Assembly (NCBI GenBank): GCA_032718475.1
Contig: JAUCBJ010001399.1
Location: forward strand, 1 to 55,383
From: Nemertoderma westbladi
Taxonomy: Eukaryota; Animalia; Xenacoelomorpha
DNA: 55,383 nucleotides
Direction of reading: 5' to 3'
The position numbers and the translations under genes were made by a program. Within the stretch, counting starts at the first letter, position 1; every line of letters starts with the position of its first letter. Below are positions 49,170 to 55,383 of the stretch, one piece after another. The notes under the pieces were generated by a model. The model worked only from the letters and a program-made list of their open reading frames with translations, made no database searches and was not told the DNA's origin.

Positions 49170-51440
49170 ACTCTGTTCTTTTCGGGCCTGTGATTTGGTG
49201 TTCTCAGCAGTTAGAGCCCAGCATGGACTCCCATAGAGGAGTACTGGAAATACTGCTGCTTTAAATAATCGGACCTTAAGTTTCTGATTAATTCTATATG
49301 ACTTCCAACTCCTGGAAATCCCATTCAAAGGTGACCATGCCTTTCCCTTACGTATTCGAAGGTCCTCACCTGACTTCCGGACCCACGATCCCTGGTAACA
49401 GAAGTCGTCCGCGAATGTAGGACAATTCGGTCCGGACAATTCGGTCCCGGACAATTCGGTCCCAAAACACAAAATTAATGGGACCGAATTGTCCGGGACC
49501 GAATTGTCCTGCTTCCGTCGTCCACATGATCAAGCACACCATCCTTTGAGCTTAATCCGATCGGAGATTTGCTGACTACTTCCAAAGTTAACTGTCAAAA
49601 TTTTGGTCTTGGACAAAAAGACCAACACTAGAAGCCGCCTGCTCTAATGAGCTGAGGAGCCGTTGGGCTCCCTCTAATGATTCTGAGAGTACTCAAAGTC
49701 TAGATCAGTTATGTACTTGTTATGTACTTCAAGAGCCAGTAGGTGGAGTTATCATTACCCCGTCATCATTATGATGATCTAAGGACATGCGTAGAACATA
49801 GACAACCACAATTATGAATAAGAATGGTGCAAGTGTGTCTCCCTGGAAGACTTCCCATAACACTTCAGATGGTTCTGCGTCACCGTCAACAGTAGACACA
49901 AATGTTGTCGAACCATCGTATACTGATCTGATTGCTGCAATAATTTCATTAGGAATCCCATATAATGAAAGTATGCTGAACATACATGAGCGAGAGACTG
50001 AATCAAAGGCCTTGAAGAAGTCAACAAAGATAACAAGATATATTTTTTGATAATTCTTCAATTATCAAAGTGCCAAAATGGGCTCCATGGTCCCACGACC
50101 TTTACTGCCCATTCTGATTTCCATGTAGCAGTCTCTCAATGGGATCCCTGATGCGATTTAATAGAATTCTATTGTATAGCTTTACAGGAATCGAGATCAA
50201 TGAGATTCCCCGAAAAGAACCATAGAGTGTTAGGGGTTGCCCTTCTTGGGAACTGGCACCAACTTAATTGTTTTCATTTCTTGTGCGACTCTTGTTGTTC
50301 GGTACATGTCTACTATGATGGGATAGATGAGCTTTAAACACTCAAGTATTTTAAAGACCTCAGGGGGAACACCATCTACTCCACTGGCACGATTGGCAGC
50401 CTTCACTTAAGCAAAGGAAATATCGCCAATGGGATTATCTGGCAGTACAGACTCAGACACTTTGTCTTCTATAAAGTTATCAGGCAATACCCTGTCATTA
50501 TTGAAGAGCTTTTCAAAGTGGGCCTTCCAACCATTGAGGCGATCGGCTGGTGATTCTGCCTTAACCTTGGTGGTTGGCTGGCTTTTCCATCCAGTCCGCA
50601 AGTTGATCGATTTCCATGCTTGAGATGATAGGCTGCTGTCGTCGGCATCATTGATGGCATCAACCTGTTGGTTTATTAGCTCTTATAGATTAACAGAGTA
50701 CTGCCTGTTCAGGGACCTAGATGCAGCCTTAACTGCATTCTTGGCCTCTGTAGTCTTGTAGCCCCTATAGGTCATTTCGGCACTTCTGAATTTTGTGGTC
50801 AGTCCAGGGGCCCTCTTTCCTGTTTCAAGGATATACACTTATACAGGAACTGTTTCTGCAGCTGCTAACTTAACAGCTTCTGTGAAAGCAGTATAGCCCT
50901 TGCAGTGATCTGCCGCCTCAGAGGCAAGAGCCTCATACCTGTTGCTCAGCTGTAGTAGTGTGAAGCTGGATCTCACACATGGCTGTTGCAACAGAGAGGA
51001 CCAGTCATGCCGCGGCAAGGCAGATTTCGTTGTTCTGCTAGCGCGCAGACTAAGTCTTACCTTGACCACAATAAGGCGGTGATCACTGGAGAAGGGTCGA
51101 AGTGTAAATGCATTACAGTCTTGTATAGAGCTCCTATATTTCCTATACGAAACAGAATATGGTCTATCTGGGACTTGTGACCACTGGGTCCACTCTGAGT
51201 CCATAGCTTTCCAGTTCGCTTCTTGAACTGGCTATTTCCAGCCGAAAACAATCCATTTCCAGAGATAAAATCCTGAAGATGGACGGAATTTCGGTTAACA
51301 CTATCGCTATAGACCCAGGGCGATGTAGGTGATTGATGCAGACTTGCATTAAAGTCTCCCAGGAATGTTAAGAATGCATGCTGATCCACTCCATCAGTAG
51401 CTGCTTGTAGATTGTGGTAGAAATTTTCCACCTCCTCTAC
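49170..51440 (-). mobile_element. Long degraded RTE-like LINE (APE endonuclease and RT)
   Basis: LGDFNA, SQIDHIL, SDHRLI, FVDFFKAFDSV and QGDTLAPFLF motifs in shifted frames. Confidence 0.88.
49413..49516. mobile_element. 104-bp Mutator-like MITE inserted in the LINE
   Basis: Inverted GGACAATTCGGTCCC units; 9-bp TSD GTCGTCC(G/A)C. Confidence 0.8.
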
Positions 51441-52286
51441 TGATTATTAACATAGATAATACTCTATGTTAATAACTACATTATTACTAAGACATGGATG
51501 GACTGCGCGAACCCTTCAGCATCTCACCGTGGAGTGTAAATTATTGATTATAAGAGCTTCGTTAGCTAGCTGCAGCAATAGCACTCACTATATATGGTTA
51601 ATCATAAACAATCCTTCTCGGGACAACATAGAAGTATATAATCGTTAATATAGTGTGGGTGGGATAAGAGATGGTGTAAATTGCATTGTTTGTACAGTAC
51701 GTACATACAATTAATGTACTTATGTAGGCCTACAATAATACATGTTATTATTTTACAATAAACATATCTAAAATTTTCAAATTTATATCTACGCAAAATG
51801 AATGAGACAGTACAGTAGTGGTAGTGGTGCTACTACAGTACGATGGCCAGCAACTGCCAACAAGACTCCTCTTCGTTTAATATATAATAACTAACAGCCA
51901 TGTCGCTCCTCTCTCACACAGGGTGATTTGTGAGAAAGGAATGATAAGACATCATGATATGAATCCTCTCACACATTAATAAGATTGTGAATCCTCTCAC
52001 ACATTAATAAGATTGTGTGTATGAGTCGAGAGAAATAATACTGCCTACCCTCTCTCACATAAATATGTTCGTGTGTGTGTGGGTTGACAGTAAAAATACT
52101 GCCGATTATTTACGCTTTACACAGTTTACACAGTTACCTCCCAACACAGTTTTTGCACGCGCGCTGTGATTGGTCCTAAATTAATTTCTAATTCTGAAAG
52201 ATATTAAATTTGTGGGAAATTCCAATTATATTTGGCAGGAAAAACTGTCACCAATCATTGCCCGCGAATTAATAACATATTTCTTG

Positions 52287-52909
52287 GTGTTATGGTGCCA
52301 GTTATTATGCCAGTTATTATGCCAGTTATTATGCCAGTTTTTATGCCAGTCATTATGCCAGTTATTATGCCAGTTATTATGCCAGTTATTATGCCAGTTA
52401 TTATGCCAGTTATTATGCCAGTTGTTATGCCAGTTATTATGCCAGTTATTATTCCAGTTATTATTCCAGTTATTATGCCAGTTATTATGCCAGTTATTAT
52501 GCCAGTTATTAAGCCAGTTATTATGCCAGTTATTATGCCAGTTATTATGCCAGTTATTATGCCAGTTATTATGCCAGTTATTATGCCAGTTATTAAGCCA
52601 GTTATTATGCCAGTTATTATCCCAGTTATTATGCCAGTTATTATGCCAGTTATTATGCCAGTTATTATGCCAGTTATTATGCCAGTTATTGTGCCAGTTA
52701 TTATGCCAGATATTATGCCAGTTATTATGCCAGTTATTATGCCAGTTATTATGCCAGTTATTGTGCCAGTTATTATGCCAGTTATTATGCCAGTTATTAT
52801 GCCAGTTATTGTGCCAGTTATTATGCCAGTTATTATGCCAGTTATTATGCCAGTTATTATGCCAGTTATTATGCCAGTTATTATGCCAGTTATTATGCCA
52901 GTTATAATG
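52287..52909. repeat. 12-bp satellite ATGCCAGTTATT, ~50 units
   Basis: Directly visible and highly homogeneous. Confidence 0.97.
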
Positions 52910-53103
52910 CACCCTAGTTAGAGTTTTATCGCGCGATAAAATGCGATTATAACATTTTTGTGCGCGAAAAAATCCAAAGAGGTTTTTACTAACGGGATAT
53001 GGCACGCGAATTAATTATCGCGAATATTAAAACACCAGGTATACCACAATTACTTGTTCTGGCAACTTCAACGCGCACAGAGAAGGGAGTAGATGGTTTC
53101 CCC

Positions 53104-54105
53104 GGTGTTCGGACACTTCCCCCCGGACAGTTCCCCCCCCCCCCCCGGTCAAGTAGGACACTTCCCCCCCGGACACTTCCCCCCCAGACACTTCCCCCCC
53201 GACTGTTCTTAACTTCGCACATTCGTATTTTTCATTTTGTAAGGTAAACGGACCGCTTGTATCCAGATAAGTTGTATCCAATTTTCCTTTCGTAGCTCAG
53301 AAAGTGATCTTTTGCATCCCGATTTAACATTTTATATCCAAGTTTTATTTATGGGTTTTATCAATGCAATTACATCGTATTGTTTGCTAATCTTTAAACA
53401 ATTAATTATATTAGATGACCTATAAATTCCATCCCCGGAATGATATACTGTTTTTATTAACTATAGAATTATAATAATTAATTGTTTTAATTATAGGTAT
53501 TATTATGTAATAGTCTTCTTCAAATTGTAGCAGATGGGGATGAATATTATTGTTGCAATCAAAATTATACCTCTCCAGGGTAAAATCGACATGCGTCGAC
53601 CTGTATTCTGTGTTCAGCATTACATATTGATATACATATTACTATACATACTATATAGATATTATACACACTACATATTAAATTTCCTGGTTATTTGCAA
53701 TATTTTTAATAGGATTTTGTTGAATTATATAATATTGTAGTAATTTATATATTAAATTGGTTAACATTCAATACAGCTCCTACTTTAGGCTTAGTCAATT
53801 TATTATCTGATGATACAAACATGAATTAATTATTTCAAAGCGGTCTTAAGTCTTTCACCACGGGCACTCAGGGAAATGCCGGGGTCTGGGGGCGATAACC
53901 CCCAAGAAAAGAAGCGGGGGTTTGGGGCGGCAGCCCCCAAGAAAAGAAGCGGGGGTTTGGGGGCGGCAGCCCCCAATTAAAATAAATTAAAAGAATTAAA
54001 GGAATTAAAAGAAAAACAAACAAAATTTGACTATAAAAATGTTTCTTTTATAATTTTGAAAAAACTTGTCTAGATACAACTTGTCCAGTAACCATCTTTA
54101 ACTTT
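53104..54105. mobile_element. Second, inverted and one-end-truncated copy of the 42640-44013 MITE
   Basis: Reverse-complement identity over ~1 kb. Confidence 0.88.
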
Positions 54106-54709
54106 ATAAACTTTATAAACTTTATAAACTTTATCTCTTCCAATTAATTTCAAAATAACACTGTCTATTCTGTATAATAAACAATAACATTATAACATTA
54201 TTAATTAATTACCTTTCAATTACATGTAATTGAATTATTGATAATTAGCGGCGTGACATGCTGTGTAACTTAAAGTTACAAACAAAAGTAAAGTCACAAA
54301 CAAGGTACCTTACGCCGTCGATAGGCGAGGGATAACCATAAAATCGATAGACTTATTTCCAGTGCGGTCCCCCCAGAACTTTACTCCACAGAGGAAACTC
54401 GTTCTCTATAAATACATCTTGACTTCTCAATGTGATCTAAACGATAACATATTGTGAAAGAGGTAATTCTTAACAAGTATAGCACCACACCACCCGCAGT
54501 GGGTGCTAGTTAGACCCGGGTGCGAACATCTTGAGTGGCATATGAACTAACAAAGATGAGAATACACTATTTCTTTTACATTTCCTTACAAATGACCAAC
54601 TGTTGGTCCCAGCTCCTTTCTTGTCTGGAGTCAACAAATTCCACTTTCATTTCTGATGATGAAGAATTAGTCAATGAATACAAATCAAAATTAGAAAACC
54701 TAGGAAACG

Positions 54710-55186
54710 ATGGAAACTGGGAGTTCCTGCCTGGCCATTATTCTTTAACGGAACCGAGAATGTCAGCACACCAGTGTTATGAATGCGGAACCTATTCGCG
54801 CATACAACAGCGAGAATGTAGAGATGATTGCGATAGGCACTCAACGCAGTTGTTACAGAGACAAAGATACATGTGCCCAGGTAACAGAAGAAGAGTGCAC
54901 TGAGCTCATGGGCAAGGGGTTTGAGGGCTACGATAATGAAGTGTTGGTTGCATTACATGACATCACTAATAGCCTAAAATTTGGTTTAACCACTGTAAAA
55001 GAAGTGTGTCAAAACCAGTGTTGTACAGAATCGTACTGTCCACTGAAAGTGTGGATGGAAGATGCCACTACAACCACAACCACAACGACTACAACAACCA
55101 CAACCACAACCACAACAATCCTCCCAAGTGGCTCCAGCAAAGTAGTTCCATTGATTATTATGGTGTTTCTTGTCAACTTTCTTTAA
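54710..55186 (+). pseudogene. Ly6/uPAR (three-finger)-like Cys-rich protein with poly-Thr stalk and GPI-type hydrophobic tail, frameshifted
   Basis: HQCYECGT.. lies in one frame, and ..TQRSC..QCCTESYC + T-run + SGSSKVVPLIIMVFLVNFL* in another. The start coordinate is approximate. Confidence 0.6.
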
Positions 55187-55383
55187 GTAAAGACTTCCAG
55201 ATAACTCATGTGAAAACTATTAAATAGGAATTACGAAATAGTGATACTCAGCACAAAAATTCCCTTCATTTGTTTGTAAAATTATATTAACATATTGGTT
55301 TGGGGATATTTATTACTTTCTTTAATACTCCTTGTAACTATAGATAATTGTTATTATTGTGAGAATCCAAATTTGGTGCAGTG

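Noticed and set aside
52212-53005. Long ORFs (CQLL)n, (NWHN)n, (MPVI)n
   Set aside because: Translations of a stop-free 12-bp satellite; no coding evidence.
54490-54510. Helitron 3' end (hairpin plus CTAG)
   Set aside because: Short hairpin only, with no identifiable 5' end or second copy.

Overview
AT-rich, transposon-saturated eukaryotic (metazoan, probably invertebrate) DNA; the host cannot be identified from sequence alone. It is dominated by one BEL/Pao-derived LTR retrotransposon family with five insertions. One is a complete 12.2-kb copy (27752-39935, 1221-bp LTRs, 5-bp TSD AACAG). The others are two partial copies at the left end and two LTR-only remnants, and three of the five sit inside other members of the family. 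The family appears non-autonomous. Its single intact ORF encodes an extended Gag, three Zn knuckles and an aspartic protease, while two in-frame deletions remove RT plus most of RNase H, and the integrase. A decayed orphan ORF lies in the env position. Host-like coding sequence comprises an intronless 449-aa troponin T-like protein fused to a LIM domain (21865-23214), a WD40-type exon (48492-48672, minus) whose exon/donor junction is amplified into a 33/34-bp minisatellite, and a frameshifted Ly6/three-finger-like GPI-anchor gene (~54710-55186). The remainder is L2/CR1-group and RTE-like LINE fragments, Mutator-like MITEs with 9-bp TSDs, a tRNA-headed SINE candidate and satellites. All homology calls come from motif recognition by eye; no searches were run.
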